A stretch of 64,000 nucleotides of DNA from the human T2T-CHM13v2.0 reference genome, Homo sapiens (GCF_009914755.1 NC_060925.1); one strand, 5' to 3'; counted from the stretch's first letter, positions 26,304 to 39,754 are shown. Notes: a model not told the origin generated them from the sequence alone. Numbers and translations: made by a program.

Positions 26304-26723
26304 TGATTACATTCTTAATTGGATTTTATTTTCATTTATATTATTTGTCTCATAAATATAAGCATCACCTCGCCACTAAGTCTTATGTTTGAAAAGGCCC
26401 TGTGATCCCCTAGTGAATATGACTCCGATGACTAGAGAAACACCAGGGTCCTTTGTGTCACGCAGGAAGCAGTCCCTTATATTGGGAGGCTGGAGGAGGT
26501 GGTCTCTGGTTTGCATAGGGCCCAGGGGATTGGTTTGACCAGGTGGGTCATTCAGGTAGCCCAGGAAAAAACTAGCCCTCCCTCCCTCCCTAGCCTTTTA
26601 ATATGTAAATACAGGTCACCATGATGATGTCATCTGGAGGCTGCCATGACACCCGGCACACATGGTGACAGGGAGAAGAAGGTTGCCGCCATATTGGGTG
26701 TACCTGATTTTCTAATCACCTGC

Positions 26724-26738
26724 ATTTGCATAACAATG
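26724..26738 (-). promoter_or_regulatory. SOX2-OCT4 composite motif (CATTGTTATGCAAAT)
   Basis: The + strand reads ATTTGCATAACAATG, a perfect octamer directly abutting a SOX site. The motif is seen; its function is untested. Confidence 0.6.
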
Positions 26739-26807
26739 CTTGCTGGTCTGGTTTTTAAAGCCACTTTCTGTTAGTAAAGAAAAGTTCTGGGAGCTGTTTT
26801 TATTAAA

Positions 26808-26887
26808 AGAAAAAGCCTTACCAAGGACTCATTTTACCTTCTCTATCAGAAAAAGCCTTACCAAGGACTCATTTTACCTTCTCTATC
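26808..26887 (+). repeat. Perfect 40-bp tandem duplication
   Basis: AGAAAAAGCCTTACCAAGGACTCATTTTACCTTCTCTATC x2 (26808-26847, 26848-26887). Confidence 0.97.
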
Positions 26888-29800
26888 TACCTAAAATAAT
26901 TTCTTAATAACTGTGTCATGCTAGTACTCCAAAGAGTGCTTGCTGAATTAAATTGGTTTCATTTACCTTTTTTGTTTTGCCTCTGTCGTCTCAAAATTTT
27001 TTTTAATCATCATGTAAATTACATTACTATAAAGAAATACAACGTTTTTCTTAAAAAAAAAAAGTTCTTCTGCATTTGACCCTTCTGAAGTTCTTACAGG
27101 TTTTATGAAACTTTTAAGATTAATATCATTGTTTTTTCATACTGGTTTTCATTTTCATTCTCTTCATAACCACTATAAAACAAGTAGAGTTCAGTTAAGG
27201 AATGAATGTTAAATCAGAACTCTGACAGCTTTCAGAACTATTCAGGTTAAAATAAATGAATAAAGGCAAAATAAATGTTGTACTTCAAAAACCCGTGTTT
27301 TGATCTGAACTAAACATTTTGCACTTTTACAGCCAGTTTAGTATAAAAACTAAAGTTTTTCTAGATATGATTCTCTTATGCATAAAAATTTTGGTTTAAT
27401 ATTCATTCATCTTACTAAAATATAATCAAATAAACATCATTCATTTTTACCATAAACTTTAAATAATACAAAGATATTCATCAGATAATCTTTCATAGCT
27501 ATAGTGAAAATGTCTGACAGTTTTGCAAGCAAAATACAATGCTGCATATAAATTATATTACTGCTCATGTTTTATTTGAAATATTCATAATATGCATTTT
27601 GTAAATACAATATGCAGTACAAGAAAATGACAATATTGTAATTGGACTTCTATGAAAAATTTTGCCTCTGAAAATTTTACATGAAATCAATCTTTCCTGA
27701 ATATTACTGGAGGTTAAGAAGACTAATTTGCTCATCTTCTTTCTTATTCTGGGAAGTGTATTATGTAAGACATTACTGTCACTCTTTGACTTCACTTTAA
27801 TCAATAACCTGGTAAAAAAGTATAGCACAATTATAAACAAATATTCTTTACTTTTTACAGACCTCGTCATGCTATGAGTAAGCCCACACAAATATATGTA
27901 CTTCAAAGTTTCCTATTAGATTGTTATATATTATCATTGCAACTTAAATAAGGTGGTTTTAATGTAAATATTGTATAAATATTGTGAGAATACGATGTAA
28001 GCTTTAAGTTTGAGGGACATATCATTACTCTATAAATATGTGTCATTATTAATGATACCTCACCATAATGAAAATATTATCATAAAGTTGCCTTTATGTG
28101 AATAATGGAGTAAAATGAATCCTGGGGCAACGAATAATTTAGAAGAAATATTATTAGAGTGTACTGGGTCATTGAAAGAGAACAAAATTAAATAAAATTT
28201 TCAATATTTTTTTCCTTGCCATTAGTAACCTTTTTAGGTCAAGAAGCATGATTTCCAAGTGATAAGTCTATTATAAAAACTATTCACATCTGATTGGCAG
28301 GTGTTAATTTTTTTGATTCAGTGAGTCAGATGATAAATAGCAATACAAATGCTTTTGAATTTCTTTGCAGTGTTTCAAAAGAAAAACAAAGCAGATTTTT
28401 TGAAATTAAAGCCAGCCTGTATTGTTAGATGGTCTTAGTAAATTTTCAAACTATCAGAATTGGGGATATTCTATCATATCATATATTTTTCCTAATGTTT
28501 TACAACTAAAACATCAAAGTGATCAAAATTTTTCCCCTTCTAAATGCTTGAATTATCTTCTTAAAATAAATAAAACTTTAGAGAATGCCTATCAATTTAG
28601 GAAGAATACAGTCTGTGGGGCCTGGAAAAAACATAGATAGTATATTTGTCTAGACTTTTGAAGGAGACTATTCATGATTTCACATTACATATGAGAAATA
28701 TTACAATGCCCATTTATTCTGCCAAACCAGAAATAGTTTGAAGCATGAAGTTATGAAATCATAAGAGAATAATTTGCAACATGACTTGATATCACCTATA
28801 CACTTTGAGATCAATGAGTTATTGCCTTTATTGAGTGAAGTTTGTTACCCAGCCCAATGAACTTATCTTTATATATAAAATGGTAAAATATAAAACATTT
28901 CGAGTGTATGATGGCAAAAAAGAACACTGTCGAGATTTTTAAAACTAGCTTTTGTTTATAAACATCTGCAGCTAAAGAGGAATGGAAAGGAGTGTTCACA
29001 AACTGAAAGCTTGGTGATCGCCACAATCCAGACACTTAATACAAAGACATGATAGGCTTTCTTATATACTTCATTCTAATTTAGAGCCTCTTTCTAGAAA
29101 TTCCTTGTAGTCAGTGAGGTAGCGGGGTCTCATAATGCTCAGGTAATACTCAGGCAAGAGAGCAGACACTTGCGATACTGAGAAGGGATGGGTGGATCTG
29201 GCAATCATACGTTAACAAACTTTATAAAAACTATTCGGGAGAAGTGCAGAGAACCAATATTTGAAAGAGTTCAAGTTTTATAATAAAATGTTAATGTTTT
29301 ATCATTTCTTTGAGACTTGAGGATTTTTTCTCTAATTATTATTACATTAAATGTATGTAAGAGTTGAATTCTTCATTATTTGCCTTTGTTCTCCTCAACT
29401 GAGAACCTTAAATAGCCAAAGAATACCATGATCTAGAGTGTTATTTTTTCTCTGATATGGCCTTCTTAGCATGTAGTTGAAACATAAAACTAGCTTACTG
29501 AAATTTGTAGTATGATGAAATGGTAAAAACAGGAGAAAAACTAGAGCTCATTAGTTGAAACACCTTTTTTTTTAACAGATAAGAAAATACTGTGTCTGTA
29601 ACTGAAATGAATAATGCTTACAGTGCTTATGAGAATGAATTGGTTTACCTGTAGTGAATTTGTTAATATTTAGCTATCAAATAGTATATAAATTACTTGT
29701 TAATATAAAAGAGTTTTCAAGATAAAACTAGAAATAGACTCACATCTTTCTGTCTCTTATTGTTATTAATATGTTAAATATTGAATTGAACAGTGTTTCA

Positions 29801-31280
29801 TTCAAAGTAGAAATTAGTGTGACTGTCGGAAGCTCCTTTTCTTTGCATATATTGTATGTTGATAGCTAATTAGATCAGATTTATCATATTTTACAGTGCC
29901 CCTAAAAAAACACAATATGTAAACATAAATTTATCCTAAGCAAATAACACTAAGATATTTGTTCAAATTTGTAAATCTAATAAGCATAATCAAGTGAAGA
30001 AAAATATCAGAAACAATCTGCTCATTTACCCATTTATAAAACTCTTATTTTTAAGAGTGTTTTGAAAAGAAGTAGAATTATTTTATTAGAAAATATTAGG
30101 AAAATAACTCTACTTTTAGGTAACAATAAATAAATGAATAATGTACCTATTGGATGGAAAGTGGCCAGCTTAGAAGTTTTATTCTGTGTAAATAAAACCA
30201 GTCCTTTGTAAGCTTTAGAACTTCCTTTCCACCTCTCAAAATCTATGTGCCAAATATTCTTCTGAGCATTGGGACCCAAAAAGGAAACAAAAAGTTTAGT
30301 GACTCTAAACTAAAACAGTCTATAATGTAATGGACCAAAAAACATTAATCAATAATTTTACGATAAATTAATATAATCAGTTATGATTGTAGGAAAACAT
30401 ATGCATATATATGCAAATCACAATAAGAAATAATATCTGCAGTTATGAAACTGTGTAATAGGCAGGGTTTAGGCTTAATTTATAGGGGACAGGGACAACT
30501 GGATCAATGAGTTTTATCGCAAAGAAGAGGGAAGTTATAGTAAGGTCAGAGCTTCTAAAGAGAGAATTTCAGGTGCAAAGTCTTGAAGTTATAAGAGAGT
30601 TTTGTACATTGAAGAGTAGATTAAAATATTCTGTAGAATATATTGAATGGCATAACAAGAAGCGTTAAGATAATTGGAAATAACATACATACTGACATTT
30701 CTAAACAAACAAGGTATCACTCATCAGACACATTTGTGTTGATTTTATTATCTTAATTTTGCCACATCCTTCCCTGGCTCTCAGTTTAGTTATCTTCTAT
30801 TGCTACATGTCAAAGTCAGATTCTAGAAAGCCCAGTGGATCTAGATGGCAGAGGACCCTGCTTCCTTTAATAAGCATGCACACTTTGATTAATCAAATCC
30901 CTTCCTTGCAATAAGATCCTAAGAAGAGTTTTCTTTCCTGGGAATAGATCAGAAATCCCAAGAAATCTGCACAAATTAATATGTACATGTTCTATCTTTT
31001 TCCACATTTATTCATAAATCAATATTTTGGTAGATATGTAATTCAGAAAAAAAAATTGAGGACTAGATTATTGATATTGTACCTATTGGATCATAAATAT
31101 ATACTGTTTCCCTTTCTTCACTCTGCAAACCTTGAAAATCCATGGGGAAAAAGTATCTTTATTAATCTCTATATTCTCCAGGACCCAGCATGGTAGTTGT
31201 TAAAAGTAACTATGAAATGGATGCCTTGTTATATGTCTGTGCCAGGGATATGTTCATAGACATTATTATGTGGTGGCTAG

Positions 31281-31638
<358 letters not shown>

Positions 31639-32159
31639 TGAGTAGGGAAATTAACAAACTCATTTCAGGAAGAAATGCGTTTGAAAACAGCTTTTTAAGA
31701 GGACAATCCAGTCTCCATTTTATGCCTCTTGGGGCAGTACTCTCACACCTTAAAGGGAAACTGTTCCATATTTGTATAGCCAAGTGTTAAACTGATCTAA
31801 ACTCTGTGCTTTTATGTCTTCTGCCCATGGATGCAGACTCTGCTGCATAATGCAGCCCATAATTGCCCATAATGCAGTTCTCCAAGGATTTATAGGCTGC
31901 TCCCAAGTTTCGTCACTACGTTGCCCTGGACTCATTTGTATAATGTTTTCTTATAAGAAGCAGATTTTATATCCATCCTCATTCTTTCACCCTGCTATAT
32001 ACATTCTGTGAGTATTAAATAGTTTCATAAAGTGGTATCTATAGTTAAATTCATCAGAAGTAAAAATCTGTTAAGAATGGTGAATTATATTAGGAAAAAG
32101 AGCACATATGGAAAAAAACAAAACAAAGAAAGACAACACGAAGAAACAGCCAGGTCAAT

Positions 32160-32330
32160 TTACTACACAAACGTTTTTTGTCAAGCAATTATATATCAGG
32201 CTGGGATTTAAAAAAAGAATAAGACACATTATTTTCTCTCAAGAACTTAGTGTCTAAATGAGAAAGATGGAAATGTAAGCAAATAATTTCAATTCAGTGT
32301 GATATTTGCCATAAAAGAATAATGTATTCT
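32160..32330 (-). mobile_element. L2 fragment
   Basis: AAAGAATAAGACACATTATTTTCTCTCAAGAACTTAGTGTCTAAATGAGAAAGA. Confidence 0.5.
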
Positions 32331-34649
32331 GAAATTGTTACTTTATTTTTAATTCAGGAATGTACTCAAACCCAGTTTCTTTCAGCGTTCTAAAATAATG
32401 TGAAAAAAGATTGTTCTCTGGATTCTTTCTCTTTTTCCTAGTAATTGCCATACCAAAACTTCACTGCCTATCTAAAAACTGACCACGGGTCTATCTATCA
32501 CTTCCTAACATAAGTCTCTACAGCAACAAAGAAATTAGAAATAGAAATGGCTAGTTCTATAGAAGGTAATGGCACTTCAAAGGCCACGGAGCACACTCCA
32601 AACAATGTCTCTGGGTTATCTCCTTTCACCTCCTCCTGCTATTTCAGAAGAGCTAAGATTTCAGTCTCTTCCACATACAGCTGCCTTCTTCCTCTAGGTC
32701 AGTTCCTCCAAATTCATTATAAATGAGCGTGCTGACTACATCTTTTAATATGATCCTTAAGAAAGCCAGATATTTGCTCCCATCCTCTTTAGTGAATGGA
32801 TTCTTTTTGATTTGATTTGCTGGGATTTGGGGCAGGGATATGCGATGAATTTAATTTTATTAAATTCAAAAGAAGAACATACTAAGGGAATCATAGGACT
32901 TTGTTTTCAATAGGTTCAATGGATGTGAGAGTAGGTAAGTGAAAAGATAATCCATAAAAACAAACTGCGTTGCTTGGGGTTTTATAACTGTAATTGTATT
33001 GCCCTTTGCCTTTCTCTTCCATCCCTTTCACACAAGTCCTCTATTCCAGAGTTATTTAAAAAACAATTGTTTAATGATGAACTTTGAATCAAGAAATAAG
33101 GCTTTCTGGTGATAAGTTCATGTTTAAGTGAAGGAGGCAATTTATTCACTCAGGTACGTTTCAAAACTGAACATTTCGCAGGAGACTGAACTATTTCTCA
33201 GGAGACTTTTTACCAATTAGAAAGTGAAATATGTCTTTCTCTTTAAACAATACACTCACCCTGTTTGGGACAAATTATGTAAAGGATTAATACATCTACT
33301 AATAACCATAGGAGAATAGTATACATTACAATAAATCAGATTCCTACTTTATAAATAATTAGGGGATGATCAGAAAGGATAAAGATTGGAAAAAAATGTT
33401 ATTTATAAACTAGACCTTTAACCTCATCATTTAAAAATTAATCCAATAGAGATGTTGTTACCTATTCTTTAGAAGTTTTCTCTCCGTGCCTCCAAACAGA
33501 TATGTTGATATTTTTGGCATAGATATGCAGTCAGGCAAACCAATTACCTTCTTCCCTGTCTGCTAAGGATAAAACATAAGTTATGAGGTTTAGCCTATAG
33601 GTGACTTACACAGCAGTTCAAGGGAAAAAAATAACTTTTAATAAAGTTTTGAGTCCATGCTTTTTTTTCCCAAGGCACAATATAGCTGTTATTTATAGTT
33701 TCACTGAAAAAGCTAGTGGTGAATTTTCAGCACTTTCAGCTTTCTGCTTGGGAAGCCAACATTACATTCTAAAACCAGCTAAGAATTTGTCTCTGACAGC
33801 AAGATTTTAAAGGAGAGAAAGGAATCTTTTTGAGAAATCCATAATTAAACAATAACAGTGCTGGTATGAAATCAATTGCAGTTTTGTAAAATGTACATTT
33901 TTCCTTTAACTATTAAGAGAGCTTATTTCTTTATAGTAGTGCCATATCTAGGCAACTGAAATAAGGTAAAATCTTCAAGAAAGCACTTCATTAATGGATA
34001 TATTAATTTCCTTCAAAGACTGGATGAAGCAGTTCTTAACCTAGCAGAGCCTGGGATATTCAGAAGCATGTCCCATCATTTGATTTTATTTAGAGAGCTA
34101 CTTAACCCAATCTCTGTACCTGTATTTCAAACATTATCCATTTACCACCTGGGTTATTTTACTTTCCTTTTCCTCTCACTTATAGTGCAAAATTGGTGGT
34201 ATTGTCAAACTGAGAAGATACTGACTACCTGATAGAATCTTCCAAACTATAATTGTCCTTTTGTCAGTGTGCTTTAGACTGTACATATATCCTTTCAAAC
34301 TTACCTACAGGAGGTATTTCTCAGCTGTTCTTCCATGCTAAATTCCCAACAGTACCTCAGAGCTCTAAACCACTCTTTCTTCAAAAATATAGAGGTCTCT
34401 CCCCTCCTCTTAATCTTGAGGCTGTCTCTAGAGACCTTCCTATTTCTTGCTTTTAGTTCATTGGCAAATGTCTTTCTTGATTGGAAATGTGATACTCATT
34501 TTCAAGACTACTCTATCTGTAATATCTCTGCAATCTTATTTTGATTATTCTACTAAAAATGTACTTTCAAATATCTCAGAAGATGTCTCTTATAAAACCC
34601 AATGGCTTTTTATGACTCAACCTCAGATATCCCTCTGCCTTTCTTTCAC

Positions 34650-36125
34650 AGTAAAAGAATCTTTTTAGCTAAACCCATGGCAATCTAGAATAAAGACATG
34701 CCCTGATCTCCTTTTAGTTAGGAGTGAACAGAGCACTCATTCTGGCCAAAGGGATTTAATCAGAAATGTCCTGACATATTTTTAAAATATTTCCTTCAAA
34801 GGAGAGGTCACAGCCTGCTTTCTCCTTTCTTCCTTGATATTGACTGTGATGTGCACATGATAGCTGGAGTTCTGGCATCCACACTACATCATGATTTGGA
34901 AGCAATAGATTGTGAGGCAGCTTAGTAGAAGGGGCCTCAATCTTTCACAACTTCATGTAACCACCCTACCCCAGAAGCATTCATTATTGACGTAAGATTC
35001 TTTTGGTTACTGCTTTGCCAGACAGAAATTTCTGTGGCCAGCAGCGCACCTGCCTGGGCTTCACTTGGCTCCAGGCTCACCGCTTGACTTGCTCTGCCCA
35101 CTTGGCCCAGCAGGCTGCACTCAGCTCTCACTACTGGCCCGGGTCTTATACCTGCTGAGGTTGAGCCAGGTGTGCTGGCTTCTGTGGCAGGATGGGCAAA
35201 TCCAGGAGCTGGCACAGGTGCCGGCTCCATGCAAGGCTGTGGCTGGACAAGATATACCACAGGTGGCTTCCACCCTGGGCTCTGGTGTCTGGAAGAGGGG
35301 AATATGGAGGGGCCCAAAAACCTAGGGGACACAAGCAACTGTGGAGCTTCAAGTGAGTGTTAAAGCATGTCACAGTTCTGGCTCAGGGAGTCCCCAGATC
35401 AGGGCCCCAGAAGTCTTGCAGCTTGTTCATATTACAGTTCGTTAGTTCCTGCCATCCACATGCTTTGGCAAATGGTGGCATGTCTCAGCTCATTTGGTCC
35501 TGCCACCCCACTCCAGCCCTCAGCTCTTGGGCTGGCCTGGCCCTGCTGCCACCACTTCCTGTCATGTGGGACCATGGCCCAGTGCTGGGGGAAGGTAGGA
35601 TGGCTACAGTGTTACAGCTCCTTTCATACCTGCTGTTTGGTGAGTCCTGGATTTTTGTCCTGCATTCAAGAAGAATGAGGTTACATGGACAAGTGGAGAG
35701 TGAACAATGCGCAGAAGAGTTTTATTGAGCAACAGAACAGCTCTTAGTGGAGAGGGGACCTAAAGTGGGTAGCCCCTACCTGAAGGCAGGTAGTCCTAAA
35801 GTGTGGCTGAGTCCAGGGTTTTTATGGGCTCAGAATGGGGGAGTGCATGCTGATTGGTCCATGGCGGGCCTGGAAAAAGCACCATTTGATTGGCTAAAAG
35901 GCATTGAGGAAGTTCTCGCTCCAGGTCATGGACTTCACCCAGAACTGGCAGCCTGGTTTTCAGGCTTTAGGCTGTTTTTGGCTTGAAGATGGGGTTTCAC
36001 TGGGGACCCACCTCTTTCTGCCTAGGAATCTGTCTGCCTCCTGCCTCTATCATTATCTCCAAACTTCTTTTATGTGAGATTGAAAATAAACCATTTTGCT
36101 CATCAGCTGAATCTTCTTAAAAGAG
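34650..36125 (+). mobile_element. MLT1J-like MaLR LTR split by MER52
   Basis: TTCTGGCCAAAGGGAT...ATGATAGCTGGAGTTCTGGCATCCA before 34988. It resumes CTCCAAACTTCTTTTATGTGAGA...AATAAACC after 36052. Confidence 0.6.
34988..36052 (-). mobile_element. MER52-family solo LTR (ERV1)
   Basis: GC-rich 1065 bp. Reverse complement starts TGATAGAGGCAGGAGGCAGACAGATTCCTAGGCAG. Exact 4-bp TSD TTAT (34984-87, 36053-56). Confidence 0.88.
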
Positions 36126-36287
36126 AACATTATGACATTGATTCTATACTAAACCAGTCTTTTTAGTCAGGCATTCTCACATCTTTATTTCTTCCTATGC
36201 TATTTATTTTCTCCAGAAGACAATTAAATTCAACACAATGATGTAGTAAATTTGACACACTGCCAGGCAAATATTTGATAATTTCCC

Positions 36288-37962
36288 ACTCCATGGTGTA
36301 TATGTAGTGCATTTTCTTTATCCAATCCACCATTAATGAGCAGCTAGGTTGATTCCTTGTCTTTGCTATTGTGAATAGTCTGTGATGAATGTATGAGTTT
36401 CATCTACCTTTTTGGTAGATAAATTTGTTTTCTTCTGTATATATATACCCAGTAATGGGATTGTTGGGTCAAATGGTACTTCTATTTTAAGTTCTTTGAG
36501 AAATCTCCAGACTGCTTTGCACAGTGGCTGAACTGATTTACATTCCCACCAACTATGTATGTGTTCTCTTTTCTCTGCAGCCTCACTAGCATCTGTTGTT
36601 TTTTGACTTAATAATAATAGTCATTCTGACTGGTGTGGGATAGTATATCATTGTGGTTGTGATTTGCATTTCTCTGATAATTAGTGATTTGGAGCATTTT
36701 TTGTATGTTTGTTGGCTGCTTGTATGTCTTCTTTTGAGTAGTGTCTGTTCATGTCTTTTGCCCACTTTTTAATGGGGTTGTTTTTTGCTTGTAGATTTGT
36801 TTACGTTTCTTGTAGATTATTGAGTATAAGACCTTTGTTGGATGTATAATTTGTGAATATTTTCTTTCATTCTGTAAGTTGTCTGCTTACTCTGTTGATA
36901 GTTTATTATGCTGTGCAAAAGTTTAGTTTAATTAGATCCCGCTTGTCAATTTTTGTTTTTGTTGCAATTGCTTTTGAGGACCTAGTCATAAATTCTTTCC
37001 AAAGGCTGACGTCCAGAATAGTGTTTCCTAGATTTTCTGCTAGGATTCTTATAGCTTGAAGTCTTATATTTAAATCTTTAATCCATCTTGAGTAAATTTT
37101 GTGTGGGATAAAAGTGGTTTCACTCTTCTGCATATGGCTAGCCAGCTGTCTCAGCTCATGGATTAAATAGGGAGTCCTTTTGCCATTGCTTATTTTTGTC
37201 AACTTTGTTGAAAGTCAGATGGCTGTGGGTCTGTGGCTTTATTTCTGGGGTGTCTATTCTGTTCCACTGGTGTATGTATCTGTTTTCTCTTTTTCTACCA
37301 GTATCACACTGTTTTGGTTACTGTAGAATTATAGTAGTTTGAATTCAGGTAATGTGATGCTTCCAGTTGTGTGTTTTTGTTTGTTTGTTTTTTCTTAGGA
37401 TTGCTTTGGCTATTTGGACTCCTTTTAGGTTCCATATTAATTTTAGTATAGTTTTTTTCTAATTCTGTGAAAAATGAGATTGGTAGTCTCATAGGAATAG
37501 CATTGATTCTGTACATTGCTTTGGGCAGTATGGCCATTTAAATAATATTGATTCTTCCAATCCATGCACATGGAATGTTTTTCCATTTTTTTGTGTGTGT
37601 CACATATGATTTCTTTCAGTAGTGTTTCGCAGTTCTTATAAACATCTTTCACCCCTTGTTAGATGTTTTCTTAGGTATTTTATTTTGTGTGTGTGGCTAT
37701 TTTAAGTGGGAATGTGTTCCTGATTTGGCTGTCAGCTAAGACATTCTTAGTGTATAGAAATGCTACTGATTTTTGTACATTGATTTTATACCCTGAAACT
37801 TTACTAAACTCGGTTATCAGTTCCAGGAACATTTTGGTGGAGTCTTTAAGGTTCTCTAGGTATAGAATAATATTGTCAGTGAGGAGAGTTAGTTTCACTT
37901 CTTTTCCTATTTGGATGTCTTTTATTTCTCTCTCTTGTCTGATTGCTCTGGCTAGGACATCC
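36288..37962 (-). mobile_element. L1PA15-16/L1PB-like ORF2 3' fragment
   Basis: Minus-strand ORFs match the L1 RT and C-terminus: [83 protein letters not shown]. Confidence 0.93.
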
Positions 37963-39010
37963 TTGATATTAATTTTTAATTAGATTTATAGTCAACATAA
38001 ACCTTGACAACCTTTGAGTAGGGAGGTGATATGATTGGGGCTTTGTTTAAAAAAATTTTAACTGTCAGTGATGAATGAGAAAGCTCAGAGAAGACTGAAG
38101 CGAGAGATAAGGAAACCTCAGAGGAATCTACATGTTTTTCATGTAGATAGTCTCTTTTTATTTTCTGCAGTTAGATTGTAATATCCTTGAGAGGCATCAT
38201 ATCGTGATGTATCTCAATGTCCATAATATACTTCAAGATAAGTATTTTGCAGTGTATTGTAGGCATATATTTTACAATATAATAGCATTTCAATACATTC
38301 TTATTATTGAATTGAAAGAGTTTAAATGCTCAAGTATAAAGCTATTTGGGAAAAAAATATGCTGAGTTGCCAAATCTGAAATGGATTAACTTCTATTTTA
38401 CAGCAGGACGTAAGCCATTAAAAGGTTATTTTCCTATTCTTTCTAAAAACTAGATGCTGGTATTTATAACCAAGAAATATTTCTTGTACATGTGCTTATT
38501 TGAGCATACAGTTTATGTATATGGGAAATGCAATATAACAAATAAAAATTTACATACTTAAGTATTTATTATACCATGGCTTAAAAGTGATACAAAAGAC
38601 ATATTCACCAAGCTGCAAATGAAAATACAGTGCAATTGCGTAGTTCAGTTAAGTAAATGAAGAAATTGGAGAAATATTCTACAATGTCAAAAAATTATAA
38701 ACCAAGAGAAAATGTCTAAGATTTAAAAAGTATAAACAGTTAGCTGAGTTCTACTTTATTTTTATGTATCAATCTCATCATCATTCAGCCAAGAGCATGT
38801 ATTTAGCATCTTCATTTGCCAACCATTTTGAGTTATACAAATCCTTTCTCTCAAAACTCTCACTTGATACAACTTTAACAGTTCTCCTTGATCAAAAATG
38901 TGTCCTTTTGTACTCTGACCCAAACGTTGCCAAGTTTTTGCTGATAAACCATTACATTAGATGTAAAATTAAGATAGAATCATATTTTACGATTGACTAG
39001 AATGCCCCTC

Positions 39011-39500
39011 TGTGATGATTAATTTTATGTATTGATTTGACTGGGCCATGGAGTGCCCAGACATTTGGTCGAACATTATTCTGAAAGTGTCTGTGAAGAT
39101 GCTTTTGATGAGATTAACATTTGAATTGGTAAACTGAGTAAAGTAGATTGCATTCCGTAATGTGGGTAGCCTTCATTAAATCAGCTGAAGTCCTGAATCA
39201 AACAAAAAGATGACCTTCCCTCAAGGGAGGGGAACTCCTTCTGTCTCACTGCTTAAGCTAAGACATTGTTCTTGCCTCTTCCTGCCTTCTGACTGGAACG
39301 AAAACATTGGCTGCTCTTGGATGTCAAATAAGAAACACCATCCAGCTACTCCATTGGCTCTCCTGGGTCTCCAGCTTGCCAACTTCAGAACCTGGGACTC
39401 CAGCCTTCATAACCACATGAACCAATTCCTTATAATATACACATACATACGTGTATACATATATCCTCTTCGTTCTGTTTCTCTGTGGAACTCTAACACA
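39011..39500 (+). mobile_element. MLT2 solo LTR (ERVL)
   Basis: TGTGATGATTAATTTTATGT...GACTGGGCCATGGAGTGCCCAGACATTTGGTCGAACATTATTCTG...TTCTGTTTCTCTGTGGAACTCTAACACA. 5-bp TSD (C/T)CCTC. Confidence 0.9.
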
Positions 39501-39522
39501 TCCTCCTAAAACTTGGTCAGAA

Positions 39523-39562
39523 AGAAAAGGAATTGGTATTACCTAGAAAAGGAATTGGTATT
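39523..39562 (+). repeat. 18-bp direct repeat with a 4-bp spacer
   Basis: AGAAAAGGAATTGGTATT at 39523-39540 and 39545-39562. Confidence 0.9.
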
Positions 39563-39754
39563 TAGGTAGAAGTTACATGGTTAAAGCTCTCAAATACAAT
39601 TTTAAGATGTTTAAAGGAGAATGGTCATCAAGTTGACCTTTCATATGTGAACTGGGCCAGATCTAACCTCAATAATATTATCTAAAAACAAAACAAGCAA
39701 AATATTATTTAACCACATTTTCGAAGTGAAAATACCTAATCAATGGGTAAAAGA

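Larger units (their letters stand above)
26414..26920 (-). mobile_element. MER61/LTR9-family solo LTR (ERV1)
   Basis: Reverse complement has GTTATTAAGAAATTATTTTAGGTAGATAGAG...TATGCAAATGCAGG...CCCAATATGGCG...CCCTGGTGTTTCTCTAGTCATCGGAGTC. CTAG flanks both ends (26410-13, 26921-24). Confidence 0.8.

Noticed and set aside
26414-26920. p53 response element, known in some MER61 subfamilies
   Set aside because: I could not find a paired RRRCWWGYYY in this copy.
34937-35986. Cluster of 63-133 aa ORFs in GC-rich sequence
   Set aside because: They lie almost entirely within the MER52 LTR, where high GC suppresses stop codons. The same applies to 51214-51594 (LTR27-like) and 25375-26029 (L1 5' UTR).
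36853-37983. RT-like ORFs
   Set aside because: Frameshifted L1 ORF2 remnant with the catalytic FADD degraded to LTDN; non-functional.
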